64,000 bases of DNA, taken from Candidatus Micrarchaeota archaeon (GTDB lineage: Archaea; B1Sed10-29; B47-G15). Shown here one piece after another: positions 16,598 to 28,886 of the stretch. Positions within the stretch are counted from its first letter, which is position 1; each line of letters starts with the position of its first letter. The DNA lies in the NCBI GenBank assembly GCA_003660975.1, contig QMVG01000001.1, positions 64,001 to 128,000 of the forward strand. The letters are read 5' to 3'. A program made the translations under genes and the position numbers. Below the pieces are notes generated by a model. The model was not told the DNA's origin. It made no database searches and worked only from the letters and a program-made list of their open reading frames with translations.

Positions 16598-17235
16598 CAT
16601 CCGCAATCCTGTTGATAGACTCTTCTAATTTTTATCATTCACTCAAAGAACAGAATGACCTCCCTTTTGATGCAGAACAGTTTGCTTTGTTAGTTAAAGA
16701 GCTAAATAAAAAATTTGATCTAAAAAAAATTAATTTTTATGATGCTATGAAAAACCGTGCTAAGGACCCAATAGGTTACTCAAAACAACAACGCTTCCAT
16801 AGCCGTTTGAGGAAAGCAATTCCGAATATCGAGATAAAACACTTAAAACTGAGGTATGTTAGAAGCATAAGTAAAGAAGAGGCATTCAAAATCTCTAAAG
16901 AAATTGGGATTCCATCAAATCTCAAAGACAAGCTTTATTTATTCCTAAAGAAGCTTGGGGTAGTAAAACTTACTAGAGAAAAAGGTTTAGATGTTTTAAT
17001 AGTTATAGATGCTTTGGAAGCGCACAGAAGTGGAAAATATGACAATATAATCCTCTTATCTGGGGATTCTGACTTTGTTCCAGCAGTCAAATTCATGCAA
17101 AATGATGGAGCCAAAGTCATCAATTTACATGCTTATTCCGGTAGCTCGAATGAATTAAGGGAGACTTGCTCTAGTCACATACTCATAGACATTGACGCTA
17201 ATGGGAGTGTCAACCTGAAAAGCTACAAGACATAA
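16591..17235 (+). CDS. NYN domain (LabA/DUF88, PIN-fold) ribonuclease; start uncertain (ATC 16591 or GTG 16582)
   Basis: LIDSSNFYH, FYDA, REKGLDVLIVID and LLSGDSDFVPAV motifs. Confidence 0.9.
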   Translation: MKPSAILLIDSSNFYHSLKEQNDLPFDAEQFALLVKELNKKFDLKKINFYDAMKNRAKDPIGYSKQQRFHSRLRKAIPNIEIKHLKLRYVRSISKEEAFKISKEIGIPSNLKDKLYLFLKKLGVVKLTREKGLDVLIVIDALEAHRSGKYDNIILLSGDSDFVPAVKFMQNDGAKVINLHAYSGSSNELRETCSSHILIDIDANGSVNLKSYKT

Positions 17236-17299
17236 TTTTTTTAGTGAAAAAGTAAGAACCTTAAACATTGTACGCTTCATTTCCTAAAAACTATATATG

Positions 17300-17321
17300 T
17301 TTTATGGCCGAAGGCCATAAC
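17300..17321. repeat. second copy of the 22-bp hairpin repeat
   Basis: TTTTATGGCCGAAGGCCATAAC. Differs from 16304-16325 only in the loop. Confidence 0.9.
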
Positions 17322-17325
17322 CTGA

Positions 17326-19065
17326 TTACTCATCAGCCAGTGTTGACAAGTCGCCTGTTGGAAGACCGAGTTCTTTTGCTTTCAACACGCGCCTCATTAT
17401 TTTTCCTGACCTGGTCTTGGGCAGCTTGTCTATAAATTCTATTTCCTTTGGTGCTGCATGTGCTGCCATGTGGGTCTTAACAAATGCCATAAGTTCTTTT
17501 TTCAGCTCTTCGCTTGCCTCATAGCCCTTGTTTAAAACAACGAAAGCCTTTATTATTTCTCCTTTTATTGGGTCTGGCTTTCCTATAACACCTGCCTCGG
17601 CTACAGCAGGGTGCTCTATCAAGGCACTCTCAACCTCAAAAGGACCTACTCGCTCCCCAGCAGTATTTATGATATCATCAACCCTGCCCTGAAACCAAAA
17701 GTAGCCTTCTTCATCCATATACGCACTATCTCCAGAAACATACCAATCAGCTATGAAGTAGTTCTTAAAACGCTCTTCGTTGTTCCATATGGTTTTCATC
17801 ATACTTGGCCAACCTCTTTTCAAGGCCAGGTTTCCTATTGTTAAAGGGGGCAATTCATTTCCGCTGTCATCTATTATAGCTGCTTTTATCCCTGGGAATG
17901 GCTTTCCCATAGAGCCTGGCTTTATAGGCATTGATGGGTAATTGCAAATCATTTGTGAACCTGTTTCAGTCATCCACCACGTGTCGTGAATGGGCAATCC
18001 CCAGACCTTCATGGCCCACCTTATCACTTCTGGATTCAGAGGTTCTCCAACAGAATATATCAAACGCAGAGAGGAGAAATCATACTTAGCAACCTTTTCA
18101 TCTCCTGCGGCCATCAGCAACCTAAAGGCTGTTGGGGCGCTGTACCACACGGTTACTTTATATTTCTCTATTGTGCTATACCATGCATCAACGTTGAATC
18201 TTCCTCCACGTATGACAGAGCTAATTCCATTGAGCCATGGGCCATACATACCATAGGAAGTTCCTGTAACCCAGCCTGGGTCAGCAGTGCACCAGTAAAT
18301 ATCTTCATCATGTAAGTCCAAAACCCACTTTGCAGTTATGTAATGAGAAATCATCGCTCTCTGTGCATGTAAGACTCCTTTCGGTTTTCCAGTTGAACCA
18401 GAGGTATAATGCAAAATGAGAGGGTCTTCAAGATCAAGCCAAACAATGTTAAAATCATCAGGTGCATCTTCCATCTCTGCTTTATAGTTAATCTCATTGT
18501 CTTCTATCTCCTCTTCATCACCCACCATAAAAACATATCTCAAGTCAGGTAACTTTTCCCTGGGAATCCTCTTTCTCATTTTTGGGATGCTGATTATTGC
18601 AATTGCTCCTGCGTCGAGCATCCTGTCCTTCACTGCCTCCTCCATAAAAGCTTCAAAAAGAGGCATTGGTATTGCTCCTATCTTATGGATTCCCATAAAA
18701 GCAACATAGAGCTCGGGGCTGCGAGGCATAAAAACAGCAACCCTATCTCCCTTTTTTATTCCATACTTTTTCAACACATTTGCAAACTTGTTCGATAGGA
18801 GGGATAAATCTCTGAAGCTGTATGACTCTTCTCTCTTATCTGAAGTGTAGTAAAGGGCTATTTTGCTGCCATCCTTATTTGCGTGCTTGTCTATTGCTTC
18901 ATAAGCCATATTTACTTTTCCTGTCTTATACCATGAGAAATCTTTTTTAATTTCTTCCCAATCAAAGTCTTTATACGCTCTCTCATAGTCCTCCATATGT
19001 GGTTTCAGTCTAAGCATTTCCTCTGTCTTGAATATCTTCTCAACCTCGTGAGCAGCTTTTTCCAT
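17326..19065 (-). CDS. acsA: acetate--CoA ligase (AMP-forming acetyl-CoA synthetase)
   Basis: YTSGSTGKPKG, WCTADPGW, DTWWMTETG and PKTRSGKIMRR motifs. SD GGTGA before ATG 19065. Confidence 0.93.
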   Translation of the reverse strand: MEKAAHEVEKIFKTEEMLRLKPHMEDYERAYKDFDWEEIKKDFSWYKTGKVNMAYEAIDKHANKDGSKIALYYTSDKREESYSFRDLSLLSNKFANVLKKYGIKKGDRVAVFMPRSPELYVAFMGIHKIGAIPMPLFEAFMEEAVKDRMLDAGAIAIISIPKMRKRIPREKLPDLRYVFMVGDEEEIEDNEINYKAEMEDAPDDFNIVWLDLEDPLILHYTSGSTGKPKGVLHAQRAMISHYITAKWVLDLHDEDIYWCTADPGWVTGTSYGMYGPWLNGISSVIRGGRFNVDAWYSTIEKYKVTVWYSAPTAFRLLMAAGDEKVAKYDFSSLRLIYSVGEPLNPEVIRWAMKVWGLPIHDTWWMTETGSQMICNYPSMPIKPGSMGKPFPGIKAAIIDDSGNELPPLTIGNLALKRGWPSMMKTIWNNEERFKNYFIADWYVSGDSAYMDEEGYFWFQGRVDDIINTAGERVGPFEVESALIEHPAVAEAGVIGKPDPIKGEIIKAFVVLNKGYEASEELKKELMAFVKTHMAAHAAPKEIEFIDKLPKTRSGKIMRRVLKAKELGLPTGDLSTLADE

Positions 19066-19162
19066 CCCATCACCTTCAAAGTAATGTCTATATCTTGCCA
19101 ATTCCAAATATTTAAATATGTCATTTGAACAGTATATTAGAACGTTGAAAGAGGTTGATTTT

Positions 19163-19498
19163 ATGATAAGAATATATAAAATAAATGCTGATAGGAAATC
19201 AGAAGTAAAGAAAATTCTTGAAACACCTGACCACGTAGAAAATGGAAAGATGGTTATAAATGAATTTGCTAGGAATGGCTATGAGTTCAGAGATGCATCT
19301 GGTCTCGGCCTGAACGAAGACGCAGCGTATCTTTACATAGACGCAGACGAATCCTTCTTTGAAAGAAATGAAAAATTAATTATGCTTGAAGGCGTAAAGA
19401 AATTGGAAGGAGAGGAGTTCAACAAAATAAAGGACATATTTGAACAGCAGTCTAATAGTGTTGCTGCTGGTGTTGGAGCTATCTTTGGGGACATGTGA
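19163..19498 (+). CDS. hypothetical protein
   Basis: ORF with SD GAGGT before ATG 19163. No recognised motif. Confidence 0.7.
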   Translation: MIRIYKINADRKSEVKKILETPDHVENGKMVINEFARNGYEFRDASGLGLNEDAAYLYIDADESFFERNEKLIMLEGVKKLEGEEFNKIKDIFEQQSNSVAAGVGAIFGDM

Positions 19499-19573
19499 GG
19501 GCCCGTGGGCTAGTCTGGTCTATGCTTGGGGCTTCGGGAGTCCCAGACCTGAGTTCAAATCTCGGCGGGCCCA
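19499..19573 (+). tRNA. tRNA-Pro(CGG)
   Basis: Acceptor GGGCCCG/CGGGCCC, anticodon arm GGGGC-TT-CGG-GA-GTCCC. Confidence 0.92.
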
Positions 19574-19618
19574 TATCCCCAAAAGCATTTTTAAATAAAA
19601 AACGCTAAATAGAATAGC

Positions 19619-19711
19619 CCCGTGGTAGCATAGTGGTAGTGCGCCCGGCTGTAGTTCTCTGCCAAGTGAGCAGTCACCGGGAGATCGCCGGTTCAAATCC
19701 GGCCCACGGGA
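19619..19711 (+). tRNA. tRNA-Tyr(GTA) with canonical 37/38 intron (19655-19675)
   Basis: C1-G72 acceptor CCCGTGG/CCACGGG. BHB with central helix CTGT/GCAG and bulges AGT and TCA. Confidence 0.92.
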
Positions 19712-19713
19712 TT

Positions 19714-19786
19714 GCCCCGGTAGTCTAGTGGTCTAGGATTCGGCCCTGTCGAGGCCGAGACCCGGGTTCAAATCCCGGCTGGGGCG
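19714..19786 (+). tRNA. tRNA-Asp(GTC)
   Basis: Anticodon arm CGGCC-CT-GTC-GA-GGCCG, T-loop TTCAAAT. Confidence 0.95.
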
Positions 19787-19879
19787 TTTGTTTAAAACAT
19801 TAACCGATACGAATAAATATTAGAAAGGAGAAAAAATTTTAGATACCTGATTTTCTCATTTTGTTAGGAAGGGGTCACT

Positions 19880-20113
19880 TTGAAGGAAGAACTTATAATT
19901 GGGCATGAGCTCGTGCCTAAACACGAAATAATGAAAAAAGCAGAAGTAGAGCAATTGTTAAAAAAATACGGTTTAAGTATAGAGCAGTTGCCAAAAATCT
20001 TGGAAGACGACCCTGTTGTGAAGGCAATAGGAGCAAAAAAGGGTCAGGTATTGAGAATCATAAGAAAAAGCCCCACGGCAGGAGAAAGTATCTACTTTCG
20101 CGTTGTAATATAA
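19880..20113 (+). CDS. rpoH: RNA polymerase subunit H (Rpo5)
   Basis: HELVPKHEI, LPKI..DDP and SPTAG motifs. Confidence 0.95.
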   Translation: MKEELIIGHELVPKHEIMKKAEVEQLLKKYGLSIEQLPKILEDDPVVKAIGAKKGQVLRIIRKSPTAGESIYFRVVI

Positions 20114-20123
20114 GGGTGATAGT

Positions 20124-21596
20124 TTGTACTATTGGGATGTTGTTGACGCGTATTTCAAAGACAGAAGTATAGTAAAGCAGCATATAGACTCATACAACGA
20201 CTTTGTAAATAACAGGATTCATAACATACTGCAGGAAATAGGTGACATAGAAACAAATAAAGAAGGATGTATCTTAAGGCTTTATAAGCTAAGGTTGGAA
20301 AAATCAGTTGTCACAGAGGCAGATGGTTCTAAGAGACCTATACTTCCCCTAGAAGCAAGGTTAAGAAACCTTACATATTATGCCAGTGTCTTTGTCGATA
20401 TGGGCCTCATCGAGGATGGCGTTGAAAAAGACAGAGTGGAGGTTTACATAGGTAGGCTGCCAGTAATGGTAAAAAGTGACCTCTGCCATTTAAGCGGTAT
20501 GACAAGGGATGAATTGATAAAAGCAGGAGAGGACCCTGATGACCCTGGTGGGTACTTCATAATAAACGGTTCAGAGAGAGTATTAATTTCTGTTGAGGAC
20601 TTAGCGCCGAATAGGGTAATAATCTCAAAAGAGAAAAAGAGCGGTAAGGACCTTGTCATAGGAAGGATATTTTCAACACAAGGAGGCTTTAAGGCAAAGA
20701 TAGCTATAGAGAGAAACAGCCAAGGGCAGATATACATAAGTTTTCCTGCGAGCCCGAAAAACCTGAACCTATTTATAGTGTTGAAAGCACTAGGGCTTGA
20801 AACAACAGAAGATATGATAAATGCGCTCCACATAAGAAATGAGGAAGTCATAAATGATATTTTGTTAAACGTTGAGGGAATTGAGGAAGTTACGACAGAG
20901 GAGGCTCTCCAGTATATAGGAAAAAGGGTGGCTGCTGGGCAGCCAGAAGAATACAGACTAAACAGAGCAGAATACATTATTGAAAATTATCTTTTGCCGC
21001 ACATAGGTCTTGAGAAAACAGACAGGATAAAGAAAGCGTATTTCTTGATGAACATGCTTGAAAGGATAATCGCAGTGGCAAAAGGTTATAGAGACGAGGA
21101 AGACAGGGACCATTATGCCAACAAGAGGATAAAGATATCAGGCAATTTGATGGAGGAATTATTCAGATACGCAATGAACTACTTTGTCAAGGACATCAAG
21201 TATCAGGTAGAGAGAGCATATGCCAGAAACAGAAAATTGCAGATAAAAACGTTAGTAAGACCAGATGCACTGTCTGAGAGGATAAGGTTTTCAATGAGCA
21301 CTGGACAGTGGGTTGGAAGAAGGCAGGGTGTGTCTCAACTTTTAGACAGAATGAGCTATATGGCCACCATAAGCCACTTAAGAAGGGTAAACTCCTTGCT
21401 TTCAAAGACACATCCCCACTTTGAGGCCAGAGACTTACATCCAACACATTGGGGAAAGATATGCCCAAATGAGACACCAGAGGGACCTAGCTGCGGTCTT
21501 GTCAAAAACCTTGCAATGGGTTGCACTATTTCAGCAAGGAATATACCAGGTCTTGAGGAAGAACTGAAACAAATGGGAGTTACAATAAAAAGGTGA
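20124..21596 (+). CDS. rpoB2: RNA polymerase subunit B''
   Basis: GGYFIINGSERV, DRDHYANKR and ETPEGPSCGLVKNLA motifs. Confidence 0.96.
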   Translation: MYYWDVVDAYFKDRSIVKQHIDSYNDFVNNRIHNILQEIGDIETNKEGCILRLYKLRLEKSVVTEADGSKRPILPLEARLRNLTYYASVFVDMGLIEDGVEKDRVEVYIGRLPVMVKSDLCHLSGMTRDELIKAGEDPDDPGGYFIINGSERVLISVEDLAPNRVIISKEKKSGKDLVIGRIFSTQGGFKAKIAIERNSQGQIYISFPASPKNLNLFIVLKALGLETTEDMINALHIRNEEVINDILLNVEGIEEVTTEEALQYIGKRVAAGQPEEYRLNRAEYIIENYLLPHIGLEKTDRIKKAYFLMNMLERIIAVAKGYRDEEDRDHYANKRIKISGNLMEELFRYAMNYFVKDIKYQVERAYARNRKLQIKTLVRPDALSERIRFSMSTGQWVGRRQGVSQLLDRMSYMATISHLRRVNSLLSKTHPHFEARDLHPTHWGKICPNETPEGPSCGLVKNLAMGCTISARNIPGLEEELKQMGVTIKR

Positions 21597-21600
21597 AATT

Positions 21601-23415
21601 ATGCTTGGTACAAGTGTTTATCTAAACGGAAAATTAATTGGTTTTCACAATAATCCTAAAGATTTGGTTCAAACAATTAGAGACAGAAGAAGAAATGGCA
21701 AACTTCCTTATGAGGTGACGGTGGCATATTATGAGGATAGAAATGAGGTTTATATAAACGCTGATGAAGGGCGGGCACTAAGACCTCTGATAATCGTAGA
21801 AAAAGGCAAGCCAAAACTCACAAAGGAACACATAAAACTGCTCAAAGAGGGAAAATTAAGCTTTGATGACCTTGTAAAGAACGGCATAATAGAGTACCTT
21901 GATGCTGAGGAAGAGGAAAATGCATACATAGCGATAACAGAGGATGAGCTAACAGAGGAGCATACTCATCTGGAGATTCACCCAGCATTGATTTTGGGGG
22001 TTTGTTCAATAATTTCACCATATCCTGAACACAATTCAGCCCCAAGGGTTCCGATGACTTCTGCTATGATAAAGCAAAGCCTTGGTCTTTATGCGTTAAA
22101 TTACAGGCTGAGAACGGACACCCAGTCCCACATAATGTATTACCCTCATGTGCCAATAGTAAAAACAAAGTTCCACAAAATAGTTGGTGCTGAAGGCAAA
22201 CCTGCTGGGCAGAACTTCATAGTGGCAATTATGCCATACAGGGGGTATAACATAAACGATGCAATTGTTCTGAACAAGGCCAGTGTTGAGCGCGGCCTTG
22301 GAAGAACTGTTTACTTTAGAACATATGAAACCCAGGAAAGGAGATATCCAGGAGGACAGAAGGACAAATTTGAAAGGCCAAAACCAGAGATTTCAGGCTA
22401 TAGGGGTGATGAAGCTTACAGGTTCTTGGACGAAAATGGTATCATAGAGCCTGAATTTAAGGTTAATGGTGGTGATGTAGTAGTTGGGAAAACATCGCCT
22501 CCTAGGTTCCTTGAAGAAATTGGAGAGTTTGGAGGCATGATTGAAGAGAAGCGAAGAGAAAACAGCTTGGCAATAAAGCAGGGAGAGAGCGGATATGTTG
22601 ATCTTGTATTAATAACAGAAAGCGAAAGTGGAAATAGATTGGTAAAGGTAAGAACAAGAAAGGAAATGGTGCCTGAAATAGGGGACAAATTTGCTGCCAG
22701 GCATGGTCAAAAAGGAGTTGTTGGTTTACTAGTGCCTCAAGAAGACATGCCATTCAGCCAAAGTGGGATAATTCCTGACATGTGTATGAATCCGCATGCT
22801 ATTCCTTCTAGGATGACAGTTGGTTATTTATTAGAGGCTCTCGGAGCAAAGGTTGGAAGCCTTGCAGGCAGGCATATTGATGGCACTCCTTTTGACAATG
22901 AAAAGGAGAGAGACCTCAGAGAAGAGTTAAAAAGGTATGGTTTCAAACCAAACGGCACTGAAATATTATATGACGGTGTGACAGGAGAGAGAATAAAAGC
23001 AGAAATTTATGTTGGTGTGATTTACTATCAAAAATTGAAGCACTTGGTTTCAATGAAAATGCATGCAAGGGCAAGAGGACCAGTGCAGATTCTGACAAGG
23101 CAGCCAACAGAAGGACGTGCCAGGGAAGGAGGCTTAAGGTTTGGAGAAATGGAAAGAGATTGCCTGATAGGACATGGCACCTCTATGTTGCTGATGGAGA
23201 GGCTCCTAGAAGAGTCTGACAAGGTCACTGAAATGGTTTGCCCAAGATGTGGGATAATAGCAATAAATGACCAGATAAGAAAGAAAGCATACTGTCCAGT
23301 TTGCGGCTCTACAGAAGTTTATCCGATAGATATGAGCTATGCGTTTAAGCTCTTGTTAAATGAATTGATATCTATGGGCATACTTCCAAAGTTAAACCTA
23401 ACAGACAAAGTTTGA
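21601..23415 (+). CDS. rpoB1: RNA polymerase subunit B'
   Basis: GDKFAARHGQKG, NPHAIPSRMT and GGLRFGEMERD motifs. Confidence 0.96.
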   Translation: MLGTSVYLNGKLIGFHNNPKDLVQTIRDRRRNGKLPYEVTVAYYEDRNEVYINADEGRALRPLIIVEKGKPKLTKEHIKLLKEGKLSFDDLVKNGIIEYLDAEEEENAYIAITEDELTEEHTHLEIHPALILGVCSIISPYPEHNSAPRVPMTSAMIKQSLGLYALNYRLRTDTQSHIMYYPHVPIVKTKFHKIVGAEGKPAGQNFIVAIMPYRGYNINDAIVLNKASVERGLGRTVYFRTYETQERRYPGGQKDKFERPKPEISGYRGDEAYRFLDENGIIEPEFKVNGGDVVVGKTSPPRFLEEIGEFGGMIEEKRRENSLAIKQGESGYVDLVLITESESGNRLVKVRTRKEMVPEIGDKFAARHGQKGVVGLLVPQEDMPFSQSGIIPDMCMNPHAIPSRMTVGYLLEALGAKVGSLAGRHIDGTPFDNEKERDLREELKRYGFKPNGTEILYDGVTGERIKAEIYVGVIYYQKLKHLVSMKMHARARGPVQILTRQPTEGRAREGGLRFGEMERDCLIGHGTSMLLMERLLEESDKVTEMVCPRCGIIAINDQIRKKAYCPVCGSTEVYPIDMSYAFKLLLNELISMGILPKLNLTDKV

Positions 23416-23425
23416 GGAGAGTTAG

Positions 23426-27122
<3,697 letters not shown>

Positions 27123-27127
27123 TGCAT

Positions 27128-27436
27128 ATGGATGTTAATTCAGCAATAAAAAGGATATTAAAAACAGGAAAAGTAGTATACGGCTTTAATCAAAGCCTAA
27201 AGAAGATAGCGAATAAAAAAGTTAAATTGATGATAATCTCAAAAAATATACCTAAAGAGCTAAAAGATAAAATAGAGTATTACTGTAAAATAAGTGGTAC
27301 CAAAATATTCACATATCCAGGCAGCTCTCTGGAACTCGGAGAGGTATGTGGAAAGCCTTTTTTGGTAAGTAGCCTAGCAGTCCTCGATGAAGGAGATGTA
27401 GACATAACAGAACTGGTAAAGGAGAGCAAAACATGA
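27128..27436 (+). CDS. rpl30e: 50S ribosomal protein L30e
   Basis: KTGKVVYG, ELGEVCGKPF; synteny. Confidence 0.93.
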   Translation: MDVNSAIKRILKTGKVVYGFNQSLKKIANKKVKLMIISKNIPKELKDKIEYYCKISGTKIFTYPGSSLELGEVCGKPFLVSSLAVLDEGDVDITELVKESKT

Positions 27437-27846
27437 TAAAACTTTCAGCGACTGAACTCGAATACATTAACTTTTTTGAAAAGAAAACGAAGGCAGTAAT
27501 AAAAGATTGCATCCTGAACAGAGAAAATGGAGACATAACGATAATAACTAAAGAGGGAGATATAGGCCTTGTCATCGGAAAGAAAGGCAATGTTATCAAG
27601 CGTCTGAAAAAAGAATTGGGAAAGGAAATTCATGTGTATGAGTATTCTGATGACCCTGTTCAGCTTATAAAAAACCTCTTGTATCCAATAAATGTTGAAA
27701 AAGTTGAAATCAACGACAAGATAGCCACAGTGCATACGTCCCAAGAGGAAAGGAAAAGGGCAATAGGAAGAAATGGCAAAAAAATAAATATGGTAAAAGA
27801 GATAACAAGAAGATATTTTGATATTGAAGACATCAGAGTGGTTTAA
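27433..27846 (+). CDS. nusA: archaeal NusA (KH domains)
   Basis: IGKKG and AIGRNG KH motifs; synteny. Confidence 0.92.
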   Translation: MIKLSATELEYINFFEKKTKAVIKDCILNRENGDITIITKEGDIGLVIGKKGNVIKRLKKELGKEIHVYEYSDDPVQLIKNLLYPINVEKVEINDKIATVHTSQEERKRAIGRNGKKINMVKEITRRYFDIEDIRVV

Positions 27847-28275
27847 ATGCCTGGAGAGTTTGCTGCAAGGAAACTGAAAAGAGATAGGCAGAGGTTTCGC
27901 TGGAAAGACGTTCACTATGTCCAACAGATGAGAAGAAAATACAAAAAGCTTAAAGATCCCTTAGAGGGAGCACCGCAAGCAAAAGGGATAGTAATAGAAA
28001 AAGTTGGTAGGGAACAGAAACAGCCTCACTCTGGAATAATCAAATGTGTTAGAGTTCAGTTGGTGAAGAATGGCAAGGTTGTAACTGCCCACCTACCAAG
28101 AGACAAGGCAAAGGACTATGTTGACGAACATGATGAGGTCCTGATCGAGGGACTTGGAGGCTCTCAGAGGGGCGCTATAGGAAGCATGTGGGGAATTAAG
28201 TATAGAGTAGTCAGCGTAAATGGCATTAGCCTTGAACAGCTGCGCACAGGAAAGAAAGAAAAGCCGAGGAGATAA
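27847..28275 (+). CDS. rps12: 30S ribosomal protein uS12 (divergent)
   Basis: [26 protein letters not shown]; synteny. Confidence 0.95.
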   Translation: MPGEFAARKLKRDRQRFRWKDVHYVQQMRRKYKKLKDPLEGAPQAKGIVIEKVGREQKQPHSGIIKCVRVQLVKNGKVVTAHLPRDKAKDYVDEHDEVLIEGLGGSQRGAIGSMWGIKYRVVSVNGISLEQLRTGKKEKPRR

Positions 28276-28284
28276 GTGGTTTTC

Positions 28285-28881
28285 ATGGATAAGGTTTTTG
28301 GAAAATGGGATTCAAATGTAAAGGTGAATGACCCTGGTTTAAAGAGATATATAAACTTAGATCCTCGCTATGTTTACCACACACAAGGCAAGCAGGCAAG
28401 CATAAAATTTGGCAAAAGCAAAGTTCACATTGTTGAGCGCTTGGTGAACACACTAATGAGAGGCGGGACTGGAAGAAAAATAGGTGGGAAAATAATAAGA
28501 GATAGAAAAGGTTGCGGAAAAAAGGCGAAAATGTATAGGATAGTTGAGGAGGCCTTTGATGAAATATATAAAAGAACAAAGAAAAACCCTCTGCAATTAT
28601 TGGTTCAGGCAATCGAAAACGCAGCTCCAAGAGAGGAAACTACAAGAGTAAAGTACGGAGGGATAATAAATCTTATTCCTGTTGATATTTCTCCTCAAAG
28701 AAGGGTCGATCTGGCATTGAGGAATATTGGAAAGGCAGTTGCTATGCGCTCCTTTGACAGCAAGAAAAGCGCTAAGAATGCCCTTGTTGAGGAAATTATT
28801 TTGGCAAGCAACAATGATCCACAGTCCCATGCTGTCTCAAGAAAGATAGAAATAGAGAGAATGGCCAAGAGTTCAAGGTGA
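28285..28881 (+). CDS. rps7: 30S ribosomal protein uS7
   Basis: [15 protein letters not shown] and [10 protein letters not shown] motifs. Confidence 0.95.
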   Translation: MDKVFGKWDSNVKVNDPGLKRYINLDPRYVYHTQGKQASIKFGKSKVHIVERLVNTLMRGGTGRKIGGKIIRDRKGCGKKAKMYRIVEEAFDEIYKRTKKNPLQLLVQAIENAAPREETTRVKYGGIINLIPVDISPQRRVDLALRNIGKAVAMRSFDSKKSAKNALVEEIILASNNDPQSHAVSRKIEIERMAKSSR

Positions 28882-28886
28882 TTTTC

